Shown here piece by piece: positions 1 to 9,161 of a DNA stretch of 64,000 nucleotides (position 1 is its first letter; every line of letters begins with the position of its first letter). Under the pieces are notes generated by a model. That model searched no databases and was not told the origin of the DNA. It saw only the letters and a list, made by a program, of their open reading frames with translations. Where the stretch lies: IMG/VR virus record IMGVR_UViG_3300046536_000256, positions 124,001 to 188,000 of that record. One strand, 5' to 3'. The position numbers and the translations under genes were made by a program.

Positions 1-1343
1 ATCATCGGATTCATCATCATGCCAGGCTGCATCATCATCAAGGGATTGAACCCCATCATGTTCTGGTTGCCCATCATGTTGTTCATCATCGCCTGATTCT
101 GCATCTGCATGGCATTCATCTCCACGCGTTGCAGGAAGTTACCGCGACGGGTGCAGTGGTAAACCACTGGGCTGCCCGACATGGTGTTAACAGCATGGTG
201 CAGGACGCGTCCGCTGTTCTGATCGATTTCAGTACGGACGTAACGATCGCCCGCTTGCATTGGTGGAGGAGTGAGATCGTAATCACCCACCATCATGTTT
301 TGCGGTTGGTTCGGGTTCTGCTGCTGATTGATCTGCTGGTTCTGCTGGTTGCTGGTTGACGAGACAGACAACAGGCCGGCCATGTCATTGCGACCCATGG
401 CTTGGTTGACCGTTTCGTCTTGGGTGTTGTGACTGTTGTAGTCCATGATTGGAACTTGGCGGTAGGTCTCTGGCAACTCCTCCAGATATTCCACCCAGCC
501 CATGTCGATCATGTACACGCCGGCTTTGTCGAAATCACCGCGGAACGTATTCTGGATCTTGTTCAGCTGATCCGCGATATTGCCGTAGCAGCCCAAGTAC
601 GAGATCAAACGTGCAGCCACCGGAGTGGTCGACTCGAACTCGAACTCACCAGGGTTGTTCACCGCCGGGATGATCGACTGGAACAAGTGACGCGCCAGTT
701 TCAGTGCACCAATCGAAATGCTGTGGTTGTTGAGTTCCACAGTTTGGTTATCGGAGACACCTTCCGAACGCGCCAGCTTCTTGACGATCTCGTTGTAGAA
801 CGGGAACGACGGTTTGGTCTTGTAGTACACACGCTCGCCAGTTGCCTGGCTACGCCCACCGCCTTTAACAACCGTGAAGTGAATGAAGCGGTTGTCGGTG
901 CCGTCTTCTTCCAGTTCAATGTGCATCCGGGCAAACAACTGATTCAGCTCATCACGCACAGAGCGCTTGGCTTCTTTCAGCGGTTCCATCATGTCGATGA
1001 TGTCCTGACGCCATGCTTTCTTTGGTCGAGCAGCAGCGGCAATGCCGAACAGCACGATTGGGTAAGCACGGAATACCGACAGCAGTTTCATGCAGGTCAT
1101 CTTGCGGATGATCTTGAACACCTCGGTTTCTTTCGAGGTGATGTTCTCGCACGCTGGGTGGAAGAACACCTTGTTCATGACGTTGCCGTCGAGGATGTTG
1201 GACAGTGGCAGGTACATGTCCATTTCATCGATCCGGATCGGGAATTCCTCACCATTGATGACGAACATGATGCGGCCGTCTTCCTTGACAGCACAGCTCC
1301 ACGATTTAACCATTGCCGCGTACAGTTTGTTCAATTCGTTCAT
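1..1343 (-). CDS. Conserved jumbo-phage protein (phiKZ gp70 position), 3' end truncated by the window; M/Q/N-rich low-complexity C-terminus
   Basis: Not in the ORF track because it runs off the edge. ATG at 1343 with AAGGA SD, starts MNELNKLYAAMVKSWSC. The same frame at positions 3-430 gives ...QQNQQINQQQNPNQPQNMM...MNNMMGNQNMMGFNPLMMMQPGMMMNPM. Identity from synteny only. Confidence 0.8.
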   Translation of the reverse strand, partial: MNELNKLYAAMVKSWSCAVKEDGRIMFVINGEEFPIRIDEMDMYLPLSNILDGNVMNKVFFHPACENITSKETEVFKIIRKMTCMKLLSVFRAYPIVLFGIAAAARPKKAWRQDIIDMMEPLKEAKRSVRDELNQLFARMHIELEEDGTDNRFIHFTVVKGGGRSQATGERVYYKTKPSFPFYNEIVKKLARSEGVSDNQTVELNNHSISIGALKLARHLFQSIIPAVNNPGEFEFESTTPVAARLISYLGCYGNIADQLNKIQNTFRGDFDKAGVYMIDMGWVEYLEELPETYRQVPIMDYNSHNTQDETVNQAMGRNDMAGLLSVSSTSNQQNQQINQQQNPNQPQNMMVGDYDLTPPPMQAGDRYVRTEIDQNSGRVLHHAVNTMSGSPVVYHCTRRGNFLQRVEMNAMQMQNQAMMNNMMGNQNMMGFNPLMMMQPGMMMNPM

Positions 1344-1355
1344 GATCGGGTTCCT

Positions 1356-2795
1356 TTACTGGCCGAAGTGTTCTTTAATATTGCGGAGGTAGTTCTTGGA
1401 GGTGCTCAGACCAATGTCAGAACCGGCGATGTTGGTGCTGGTCCGGTTGATCATGTAGGTGGCGTTGGTGAACTGCTTGATGAACGCCATTTCGCCGTTG
1501 AAGCAGATGGCGACGGTGGTTTCACCAAACATGTGCGAATCTACCTCCACGTTCATGATGGTCTTCTGGTGAGCGTAAACCGAAGTGTACTTCGCGAAGA
1601 AGTGTGTCTTCAGGGACTCACAGAACTGTTCCACACGGTTGATCACGTGATCGTCGTGGTTGAGCACCGACATGGCTTCGCCGGGGATTACCACAACACC
1701 CTCATCGGAACCCACCAGACCGTTGAAGTCCATCGGGTTGTTGGTGGCGCTGAAGTGGAAGCTTGCCAGGCCACTGCTCAGCAGCAGGTGAACGGTCAGC
1801 ATGGCCAGTTCGGTTGCCATCAGTTCGTGCGGGTTAGCACTGCCGTAGGCTTCGCTGGTAGCCAGGTTAGTGTCAGCCCCGAAGTTGTTTGCTTCCAGCA
1901 TGGTCAGGTTCAGCACATCGCTGAAGTTCATAAACACGCTGTTGATCTCACCCACCGAGAAACCCTGGAACCCAGCCATGCTGTAGCCACCGGTGCTGAA
2001 CATCATGGTGGCGAAGAACGGGTTCTCAGTGATGCCGATTTCGCCCATGCCTTGGTTAGCCAGACCGTCGGCGATCCCCATTTCCAGACCACCGAACTCA
2101 GCATCGGCACCCGCACCTACCGCCAGACGCAACAGTTCGCGGGTGTGGTGAGTCGGGTTAAGGTTCTGAGTCTTCGACACCACCAAGGTGGTTCTCAGGT
2201 CAGTACCCACAGTCCCGTCGTAGCGCTCACCACGACCTTCGTTCTCCATGGCCAGGAAACCCAGCGCTTCGTTACCCACATCGATAGGGCGCATCGAACG
2301 CAGGTCTTTGACCATGTTTGGATCACCCATCAGGAATTGATGAGAAGATTCCACCACGGTCTTGGTCATTGGGAAGCCGTCGGTACCCGCGATGTTGCGA
2401 CTCAGGGTTGTCCACGCCCGCACCGGAACAAACATGGTGTCAGGGGTGATGCCTTCAATCGAAGCAGAACCGCCGGTCAGGTAACCAACAACTGACAGCT
2501 CTTGTTCCATCAGGGCATTCGACTGCACCGTGAAGCGCAACAAACCAATACCGCGGCGGATGTTCCAGCTGTCTTCGATCGTCACAAACCCTTGCGGTTG
2601 AGCCGACAGACCACCGGACATAGCGGCAACGGCGTTCAGTGTACTGCCGCGGATGCCACCGTGATGTTGCTCCATCATCAACTCGTCAAGCGCCATGCTG
2701 TTAATGTTCATGGTGTTGTGGCGGTGGACGTGGTCGTGATTCTGGTTGCCCATACCGAAGATGGCTTGGGTCAGTGTAATGGTTGAATCGTTCAT
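1356..2795 (-). CDS. Probable phage-nucleus protein-import factor (PicA/Imp1, phiKZ gp69 position)
   Basis: 479-aa ORF with genome-typical codon bias, directly downstream of the gp68-like gene. Function assigned from conserved gene order. Confidence 0.65.
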   Translation of the reverse strand: MNDSTITLTQAIFGMGNQNHDHVHRHNTMNINSMALDELMMEQHHGGIRGSTLNAVAAMSGGLSAQPQGFVTIEDSWNIRRGIGLLRFTVQSNALMEQELSVVGYLTGGSASIEGITPDTMFVPVRAWTTLSRNIAGTDGFPMTKTVVESSHQFLMGDPNMVKDLRSMRPIDVGNEALGFLAMENEGRGERYDGTVGTDLRTTLVVSKTQNLNPTHHTRELLRLAVGAGADAEFGGLEMGIADGLANQGMGEIGITENPFFATMMFSTGGYSMAGFQGFSVGEINSVFMNFSDVLNLTMLEANNFGADTNLATSEAYGSANPHELMATELAMLTVHLLLSSGLASFHFSATNNPMDFNGLVGSDEGVVVIPGEAMSVLNHDDHVINRVEQFCESLKTHFFAKYTSVYAHQKTIMNVEVDSHMFGETTVAICFNGEMAFIKQFTNATYMINRTSTNIAGSDIGLSTSKNYLRNIKEHFGQ

Positions 2796-2822
2796 TTCAA
2801 GTCTGCCTTCTGTACAAGGTTA

Positions 2823-4376
2823 TTAAGTGTTGTTGTGGCGGATCAGGGCAATGAGCTCGTTCTTGATTTCGACTTCAATCTCAATCGGGAACAGAGCGGC
2901 TTGCGCAACACGTTGGTAAACTTCCGGCTCATCCAGTACCCCGTATTCAAGGTTGGACTGCCAGATCCCATTACCCAGTTGATCCAGGAAATAGGTTGCT
3001 GCGAGAATGGCTTCGTTAAACGAACGCCCTTCATTATTACGCGACTGGATGTCACAGATCGACGTGAGGAAGTCCTTGTCTTCTGTGTTCAGCTTCAAAC
3101 CGTCAGACAGGTTACGCATGCCTGTTGGGTTGACGATCGCCCCTAAGACCGACGGAAGGTACTTAAACCCCATCTCCGACAGCTTGACTTGCCCCAGCAC
3201 AATGGCCGCCATCAGCTGGGTGTAGCTGAAAGTCCAGAACACCATTGGTGAAACCTGGAAAGCGTACGTAAGCTGCAATATCTTTAAGATATGGTCGTGC
3301 AGTTCAAAATCCCAGTTTGGGGGCAGTCGATCGTAAACGGCTTCCACCAGTTCGACCTGCTTAATGCCTAGGCCCTCGCACTGATACTTGAAGCGATCAC
3401 GCACCCGTTCTTTGTCCGTCTCGTCAAACAGACCGAAGGCAAAGTACTCGGCTTGCTTTTCTTCGTTGGCGGTCTTGGTCGACTCAGCAACTTGATAGCG
3501 CTCATAGATCGAACGTTTATCGTCGTCGTCACCTTCGGAGAAGTCTTTCTTGTTCAACTTGCTCCCGCTGGTCTCGTGTTGCTTAACCGAGGCGTTGATC
3601 GCGGTGGCCAGGTTCTTGCCGTCTTCCGTTTCCGGGATGACCGCGCAGCACAGACGACTGAAGATCGTGTTGTACAGAACCTTCTCAGTGAAGTACTCGT
3701 TACTCGCTACGGCATCCACCTGAGACGGGATACCGCGCTTGCCAAACGCAAACTGCACGTAAGTGTACAGCTTGTGCCAACCCGGCATGTTGGTAATGCG
3801 TGGGTTGCCTTTAAGCAGATCACCGCAAACCAACTCGCTGTGCCCAGGACCCATGGTGGAGTCAAAGCGCGAGAGCAGCGAGAAGATGATTGGGTAAACC
3901 GATCGTGCCACGAACGCCAACTTTACCAGCTCAACGTAATCGACATCCGTGATGGTGGTTTGTTCTGGATAATCACCCTTGCTGGCGGCAATGCTCAGGT
4001 CGGGCGGGATTTGCAGGTGACGCGAGTACTGGATGAAAGCGCAGTACTTGTCGATGTCGAGGAAATCAAACAGCGTGTTAACGATTGGCAGGAGTTGAGA
4101 GACTTCAGTGTGATAGTCTAAGAATTTACCGCTCTCAACAATACCGAAGGCTTTCTCGTACAGACGGAACAGTTCGTTCTTTTTATCCGTCGAGAAGGTG
4201 GCTTCTACGTATTCGTTCAAACAGTCAAACAGGTTGGTTTCTTTATCGGTTTTCTCCAATACCCTTTCCAGCCGGACGGTGGCCTTGCCGTTGAACCGAA
4301 GTACCTTATCGTTCAGATTGACGATAATCGCTTCGATAGTTTTCTTACTACTCCGGCGGACTTCAACATTAAACAT
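2823..4376 (-). CDS. Non-virion RNA polymerase specificity (sigma-like) subunit, phiKZ gp68-like
   Basis: 517 aa; size and position in the gp65-gp70 block match; has its own upstream promoter-like motif. Confidence 0.7.
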   Translation of the reverse strand: MFNVEVRRSSKKTIEAIIVNLNDKVLRFNGKATVRLERVLEKTDKETNLFDCLNEYVEATFSTDKKNELFRLYEKAFGIVESGKFLDYHTEVSQLLPIVNTLFDFLDIDKYCAFIQYSRHLQIPPDLSIAASKGDYPEQTTITDVDYVELVKLAFVARSVYPIIFSLLSRFDSTMGPGHSELVCGDLLKGNPRITNMPGWHKLYTYVQFAFGKRGIPSQVDAVASNEYFTEKVLYNTIFSRLCCAVIPETEDGKNLATAINASVKQHETSGSKLNKKDFSEGDDDDKRSIYERYQVAESTKTANEEKQAEYFAFGLFDETDKERVRDRFKYQCEGLGIKQVELVEAVYDRLPPNWDFELHDHILKILQLTYAFQVSPMVFWTFSYTQLMAAIVLGQVKLSEMGFKYLPSVLGAIVNPTGMRNLSDGLKLNTEDKDFLTSICDIQSRNNEGRSFNEAILAATYFLDQLGNGIWQSNLEYGVLDEPEVYQRVAQAALFPIEIEVEIKNELIALIRHNNT

Positions 4377-4416
4377 GGGAATGCTCCAGATGGAATTATT
4401 ACTACTATACAGCTTA

Positions 4417-4433
4417 ATAATGTAGGCTCAAAA
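4417..4433 (-). promoter_or_regulatory. Variant early-promoter motif (TTTTGAGCCTACATTAT)
   Basis: Degenerate copy of the 17-bp motif, about 40 nt upstream of the 4376 start and just downstream of a terminator-like hairpin. Confidence 0.45.
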
Positions 4434-4463
4434 ATATCCAATAGCAGCCATATGTCCGTTAAT

Positions 4464-4491
4464 CGAACGCAGAGGAAACCCCCTGCGTTCG
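4464..4491 (-). terminator. Hairpin, probable terminator
   Basis: CGAACGCAG...CTGCGTTCG inverted repeat right after the stop at 4509. Confidence 0.6.
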
Positions 4492-4508
4492 TAATTAAAG
4501 GTTAGCTT

Positions 4509-5240
4509 TTAGAACTCAACATCATCGTCGAAGGAATTGCTGTCATCGAAGTTACCGCCGCCACTGGAAGAGCTGTTGTTGTTCGGACGCGACTGATTGC
4601 CGTTGGCGGCCGGAGCACCTTCTTTAGGCTTCGGCGGCTCCCAGCTATCGTTGTCCATGCGGTCCAGGATCGGACGGTGGAAGTTGATCCAAGCACGCAC
4701 CGCCCAGCGGGACATGACGCCGTGATCTTCGACGCGTTCACCGGCATCGTTCTTGACGTAGACCGTGGTGTCTTTTGGACCTTTGAACAGGAACTGGACT
4801 TTGTAGTCGCCCTTGCTCCAGCCCAGGATGATACGACCTTGAGCGTCACGGGTTACGGTGAAGAAGACTTGCAGGACCGGCTGATCGGACATGCGACCGC
4901 TGCCGCCGGCGAACACGAACTGCTTCCACTGAACAGGGATCTGTTTAGTCTTGAAGTTGCCGTCCGTAGTGGCTTCCAGCAAGGCTTCGAACAGCACGCC
5001 GCGGTGGGCGTAGTCCATTTCGATTTCTTTATGGTTGCTCTTGGCACCTTCTTTATAGATGCCGTCGTTGACCTTCAACATGATCTTGCCGTTGTTGGCC
5101 TGATCCCACATCAGCTGTGCAGGATACTTCGCGCCAGGCACTGGCTCGATGGAAACCGGGTGTGGCTGACGGTAGTCGGTCAGCAGGGTTTTCTTGCGGG
5201 GTGTGAAGGCAGGGCGTTGACCGTTTTGTTGACCATTCAT
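4509..5240 (-). CDS. Probable ChmC-like nucleic-acid-binding protein (phiKZ gp67 position)
   Basis: 243 aa, beta-rich core plus an N/S/G-rich disordered tail ending DDDVEF; directly upstream of the gp68-like gene. Confidence 0.6.
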   Translation of the reverse strand: MNGQQNGQRPAFTPRKKTLLTDYRQPHPVSIEPVPGAKYPAQLMWDQANNGKIMLKVNDGIYKEGAKSNHKEIEMDYAHRGVLFEALLEATTDGNFKTKQIPVQWKQFVFAGGSGRMSDQPVLQVFFTVTRDAQGRIILGWSKGDYKVQFLFKGPKDTTVYVKNDAGERVEDHGVMSRWAVRAWINFHRPILDRMDNDSWEPPKPKEGAPAANGNQSRPNNNSSSSGGGNFDDSNSFDDDVEF

Positions 5241-5303
5241 GAGAGTTAACCTTGGATAAGGAAATGAAGAAGTTTTTGTCTATATACATTGGGGTGCAGT
5301 GAA

Positions 5304-6110
5304 TTAAAGCATCAGCAATAACCCAGCTTTATCTACACCTTGCGGCAGGTTGTTGATGGTGCCCCTTATACGACCCATGGTCGTAGCGGATGTCCAGTGA
5401 TTATCTTGGGCGAGCTTCTTAACCAGTTCTCGGATGCCATGAGAGGAAGCCTTGAAGTTGGTGGACTTGTCGCCAAAGATCTGAATAGTCAGGCGGTTAA
5501 ACGGGATGAAGTGTAACTCACCCCCGCCGGTAAGCTTGGTGTACCAAAGCGTGAAAGGTTTGAGAGTCCCCGTATGGGATTCCAATAACCAAAGCCGGCC
5601 AATGCCTTTAGCCGTGGTCAGATCGACGACATGGTGCGTCAATACAATTCCTTTACCATTGAAGTCCGGTAGTCTCGCTTTGGTCTCGACAATCAGCTTA
5701 CCGTAGTGCTTGAGCAACTTCTCAAGCACTTTTTCCACTAACTTCGCATAAGCCTTCTGCTTGGGGGTGGCCGTTGTTGAAGACTCCGAATGGTCCACCA
5801 AGTCGGCTTTAGGGAAGTCACTTTTCAGCTTACTGTAATCCGGGCAATACACCACCATTTGAATCGGTTTGCTTTTACGGATTTGTTCTAACCAAGTACC
5901 GATGAGTCGCAGGTCACTGGAAACGTCGTCAACCAATTGATCAACATCAGTTGCCTCTTTATCGCCGGACTCATAAGCTTGGCTGGCGTTGCGGATCAGG
6001 GTACGGAGGTTGAGCATGACACAGTCCGCACTCCGTATCCCGTTGGCGCCTTCGCCCTCAAAGGCAAGAGAAGTCCCTACGGACATCCCCAATGTACCGG
6101 TAGATCTCAT
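5304..6110 (-). CDS. Conserved hypothetical protein, possible degenerate 5'-3' exonuclease/PIN-like fold
   Basis: 268 aa, ATGA-coupled to the SbcD-like gene; IFGDKSTNF resembles the GDxSDN motif of FEN/5'-nucleases. Confidence 0.7.
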   Translation of the reverse strand: MRSTGTLGMSVGTSLAFEGEGANGIRSADCVMLNLRTLIRNASQAYESGDKEATDVDQLVDDVSSDLRLIGTWLEQIRKSKPIQMVVYCPDYSKLKSDFPKADLVDHSESSTTATPKQKAYAKLVEKVLEKLLKHYGKLIVETKARLPDFNGKGIVLTHHVVDLTTAKGIGRLWLLESHTGTLKPFTLWYTKLTGGGELHFIPFNRLTIQIFGDKSTNFKASSHGIRELVKKLAQDNHWTSATTMGRIRGTINNLPQGVDKAGLLLML

Positions 6111-7225
6111 AGGAACTCCTTCAGCACTGCTGCTGCCTCTTCAAGGGATATGTTGTGTTTGAGTAGCTTGTCTTCAATCTCTGGTTGTAACGCTTCCTCG
6201 ATGTTATCTTTGGTAATCGTTACACCAGCGTATACCGTGCTATCGAACATTTCCTCATCCAACAAGACTTCTTTATCAGTCGACTCGTTTTCAGACTTAA
6301 TATGCAGGTATGGGTATTCATTCTTCAACACGGAGATAACGGGATTCACAACTTCCGCACGACCATCCTTAATCCGCAGATGAGCACCGTGAGGGAACTT
6401 GCGATCTCTAATAAAGGTGTGGATGTCGACCACCAAGCGTTCGGGAGTAATGTCCTGAGGGACCGACATCGTCACGTAAGGCATGGCATTCTTGTTCTCC
6501 CAGAAGACTGGGTCGAACTTGCCGGTTGTTACATCGAGATCAAAGACGTAGCCACCCTTGGGGTGTTCTTCGCCGTGCTTGTCCCGATCAAAGGAACCCG
6601 AGGTATACAGCTTGCCAACCTGAACCGGTTTGTGGATATGACCGGCAAAGATTGCGAACTTGACAATAGATTCCCAACGATCAAGGTTATGCGACTTGTG
6701 GCGCGCCGCAGGATGCAGCTGGAACTCGAAAGCCCCGTGAAAGGCAATCATGTCCACCTGAGACAAGTTCGCCGCTCTGAGGACCTGTAAGGCCTTCTCC
6801 CAGACTTCGTCCGGTGTTAAAGCCCCCATGTTGTCCGGTACGTACATGACAGACATGCCGCCGAACTCAGGGTATGTTTCAATGCACAGGGTGTCGATAT
6901 ACCGAATATCTAACCCTTCTGGGGCGATGAACTTGAAGTGCGCCGGCTGACCCCAGTCATGTGACGAAGTACCCTCCAAGAACACAACCTTCACATCATG
7001 CTTCTTGCACCGGAGGAGAAAGTCTTTAGCCCACTCCTCCACACGGTACATGTCAGGATTGGGACGTTCCACCAAGCGTTCAAAGAAGTCGCCACCAAAG
7101 AAGATAATGTCAACCTTGGCCAAGTCATGGTCTTTATACAGAAAGGTTGACAAGTTTCCCAGTACGTGTTTCGTGGGAGTGTTAACGTGTAGCGTGTGTT
7201 GATCCGAACTCCAAAGCGCCCGCAT
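6107..7225 (-). CDS. SbcD/Mre11-like metallophosphoesterase nuclease
   Basis: Calcineurin-like motifs SDQH, GGDFF, GTSSHD, FHG and AGHIH. Confidence 0.88.
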   Translation of the reverse strand: MRALWSSDQHTLHVNTPTKHVLGNLSTFLYKDHDLAKVDIIFFGGDFFERLVERPNPDMYRVEEWAKDFLLRCKKHDVKVVFLEGTSSHDWGQPAHFKFIAPEGLDIRYIDTLCIETYPEFGGMSVMYVPDNMGALTPDEVWEKALQVLRAANLSQVDMIAFHGAFEFQLHPAARHKSHNLDRWESIVKFAIFAGHIHKPVQVGKLYTSGSFDRDKHGEEHPKGGYVFDLDVTTGKFDPVFWENKNAMPYVTMSVPQDITPERLVVDIHTFIRDRKFPHGAHLRIKDGRAEVVNPVISVLKNEYPYLHIKSENESTDKEVLLDEEMFDSTVYAGVTITKDNIEEALQPEIEDKLLKHNISLEEAAAVLKEFL

Positions 7226-7249
7226 GCGGAACTTCCCCTTAATACAGCC

Positions 7250-8008
7250 TTAACACTCCAGTGGATTGCTCGGAGTTTCGCGCTCTGCGGCGCTGATGGT
7301 GGTTGGTGCGGCTTCGACTTTTTCGTCGATGATGAACTGGCCCTTGCTCAAGTCGTGCAAGAAGCGGTACTCGTCGGCGGTCACCACTTCTTTGCGGTGG
7401 TCGCGGTAGAGGATGTCGCGGGAACGGGTGATCTCTTCGATCGGAGCTTCGTTACGGCGAACGACGTCCTTGATGTAGTAGATCTTCTGTTCCACTTCCG
7501 GGATGATCCCGTGCTTCGCGTAAAACTCCGGCGAGACTAGTTCAGTGAGCGTGAGACGCTTGGCCTGGATGTGCTCCTTAACCAGACCTGCTACCTTCAT
7601 GCTGGCGTTTGGATCCTTGCTGCGCGTGGTGTCAGCCTGCACCTGTTGGATGTGGCGACTCACGGCGCGCATCAGTTCGAAGTCGTGCGGGGTCATGTTG
7701 TGCGAGATCAGCGGTTTCACCAACACGACCGGCTGGTTGTTATCATCAACCACCAACACTGACTGGGTGCCACGGTTGCTCATCCCGGCCCACTTCTGCA
7801 CGTTGAAGTAGTTAACCCCTAGGTCATTGCCCAACGCAAACGGCATCAGCCATTCTTTTACGAAGTCGCGTTCACGCAACACGGCCGAAACGTTGAACGG
7901 CATGTCGTCGTTACCCAACATCAACTTACCGTCGACCTGGATCACCTGGATATCTTGCAACCAACCGAAATCTTCGTTGAGAATAGCATCACGTTGTGAC
8001 TTGTCCAT
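7250..8008 (-). CDS. Conserved hypothetical protein
   Basis: 252-aa ORF, typical codon bias, abuts the upstream gene. Confidence 0.8.
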   Translation of the reverse strand: MDKSQRDAILNEDFGWLQDIQVIQVDGKLMLGNDDMPFNVSAVLRERDFVKEWLMPFALGNDLGVNYFNVQKWAGMSNRGTQSVLVVDDNNQPVVLVKPLISHNMTPHDFELMRAVSRHIQQVQADTTRSKDPNASMKVAGLVKEHIQAKRLTLTELVSPEFYAKHGIIPEVEQKIYYIKDVVRRNEAPIEEITRSRDILYRDHRKEVVTADEYRFLHDLSKGQFIIDEKVEAAPTTISAAERETPSNPLEC

Positions 8009-8410
8009 TTATAGCCTCGCTGCATCTAGAAGTTTATATTGTTCGCCGGTGATCAACACCGCGTTAGCCAGATCGTAACCAACACCATCGTTCACAACCC
8101 GAACAGCGATGATGAGTCTGTATTGATTGACCTGGCCAGTAAGATTTTCTTGGGAAACCGAGACCGAACAATTCGGGAACAGTTCTTTGATGTACTGCTC
8201 CAGTTCTGTGCGGGTTTGTTCAACAAGACGATCGGGATCTTGGCCGTACTGTTTGATCAGGAAGTAGAAGCTAGGGACTTTACCCATGACCTTACCCTGA
8301 TTACGACGACTCTGAAACCAATAGGTAATATGCTTGGCCAGCGCATCGGGGACGGATTCTGTTTCCCACCCGTTTGACGTGGTCATCGTTCCAACCAAAA
8401 ATGTTCCCAT
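8009..8410 (-). CDS. Conserved hypothetical protein
   Basis: 133-aa ORF with SD-like GAAGGG; stop codon abuts the next start. Confidence 0.8.
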   Translation of the reverse strand: MGTFLVGTMTTSNGWETESVPDALAKHITYWFQSRRNQGKVMGKVPSFYFLIKQYGQDPDRLVEQTRTELEQYIKELFPNCSVSVSQENLTGQVNQYRLIIAVRVVNDGVGYDLANAVLITGEQYKLLDAARL

Positions 8411-8476
8411 TAATTAGCCCTTCCGTTGAAATATAGACGTTCTTTGCTGACGTAAGATCAATCGGCCAAAAATAAA

Positions 8477-8511
8477 AACTAAACAGGAAGGGGTTGCCCT
8501 CCTGTTTAGTT
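8477..8511 (-). terminator. Rho-independent terminator
   Basis: AACTAAACAGGA...TCCTGTTTAGTT stem followed by TTTTATTTTT on the minus strand. Confidence 0.8.
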
Positions 8512-8519
8512 CTCGTCTA

Positions 8520-9158
8520 TTACTCGCTGGTCGGCTCCACATACGACTTCAGCTTGTCGCCCATCTCACTGGTCACGTCAAACATCTTCTTGGCCATGTG
8601 ATGATCGATAGCGGCGTGAGTCTTGTGGGCGTCCACGATTTCCCGGAACGACAACTGTCCACCAACGGTATCGTAGTAATGAGTGTGCCGGAGAGTAACC
8701 TGGTCGTCGACCTTCTCCAAATTCATCACACCGCTCCACATCCGTCGGTAGAACAAGTTCTCTTCTTTAATGCCGGTGTTCCAGTTGCTGAAGTCACCAC
8801 CGTAACCGGAGATTTCTTCATCACGGTACATCTGCATCAACCCAGGGTGACACATGATAATGTCGCGCATGTGCCCCTGAGCGCCTTGTAGCCCATCGAG
8901 ACTGCCGAGGTAACCAATCTCATAGCGACCGACGTAATCACCGTCCGACTGACCCAGCAAGCGCTTACCCATTTCCCAGGCCCGTGAGTTCACGAAGCTG
9001 TTAAACGAATCGAGCGTCTTGGTAGCCTGTTGAGCGAGCCAACCTCCTGCCCCCTGCAAGAGAGAAGCGCTTTGATTGACGTAGTCCCCGTACTTGGCTA
9101 TTTGATTCTCGGTAAAACTCCCCGAGATCGCGTAGCTAAACGCATTTGCGCTGTTCAT
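8520..9158 (-). CDS. Conserved hypothetical protein downstream of the nvRNAP beta' gene
   Basis: 212 aa, AGGAG SD, 3 nt after the upstream stop. Confidence 0.8.
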   Translation of the reverse strand: MNSANAFSYAISGSFTENQIAKYGDYVNQSASLLQGAGGWLAQQATKTLDSFNSFVNSRAWEMGKRLLGQSDGDYVGRYEIGYLGSLDGLQGAQGHMRDIIMCHPGLMQMYRDEEISGYGGDFSNWNTGIKEENLFYRRMWSGVMNLEKVDDQVTLRHTHYYDTVGGQLSFREIVDAHKTHAAIDHHMAKKMFDVTSEMGDKLKSYVEPTSE

Positions 9159-9161
9159 TAC

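Noticed and set aside
402-2495. 697-aa plus-strand ORF
   Set aside because: Antisense shadow of two real minus-strand genes; V/H/Q-rich composition arises from codon bias; no motifs.
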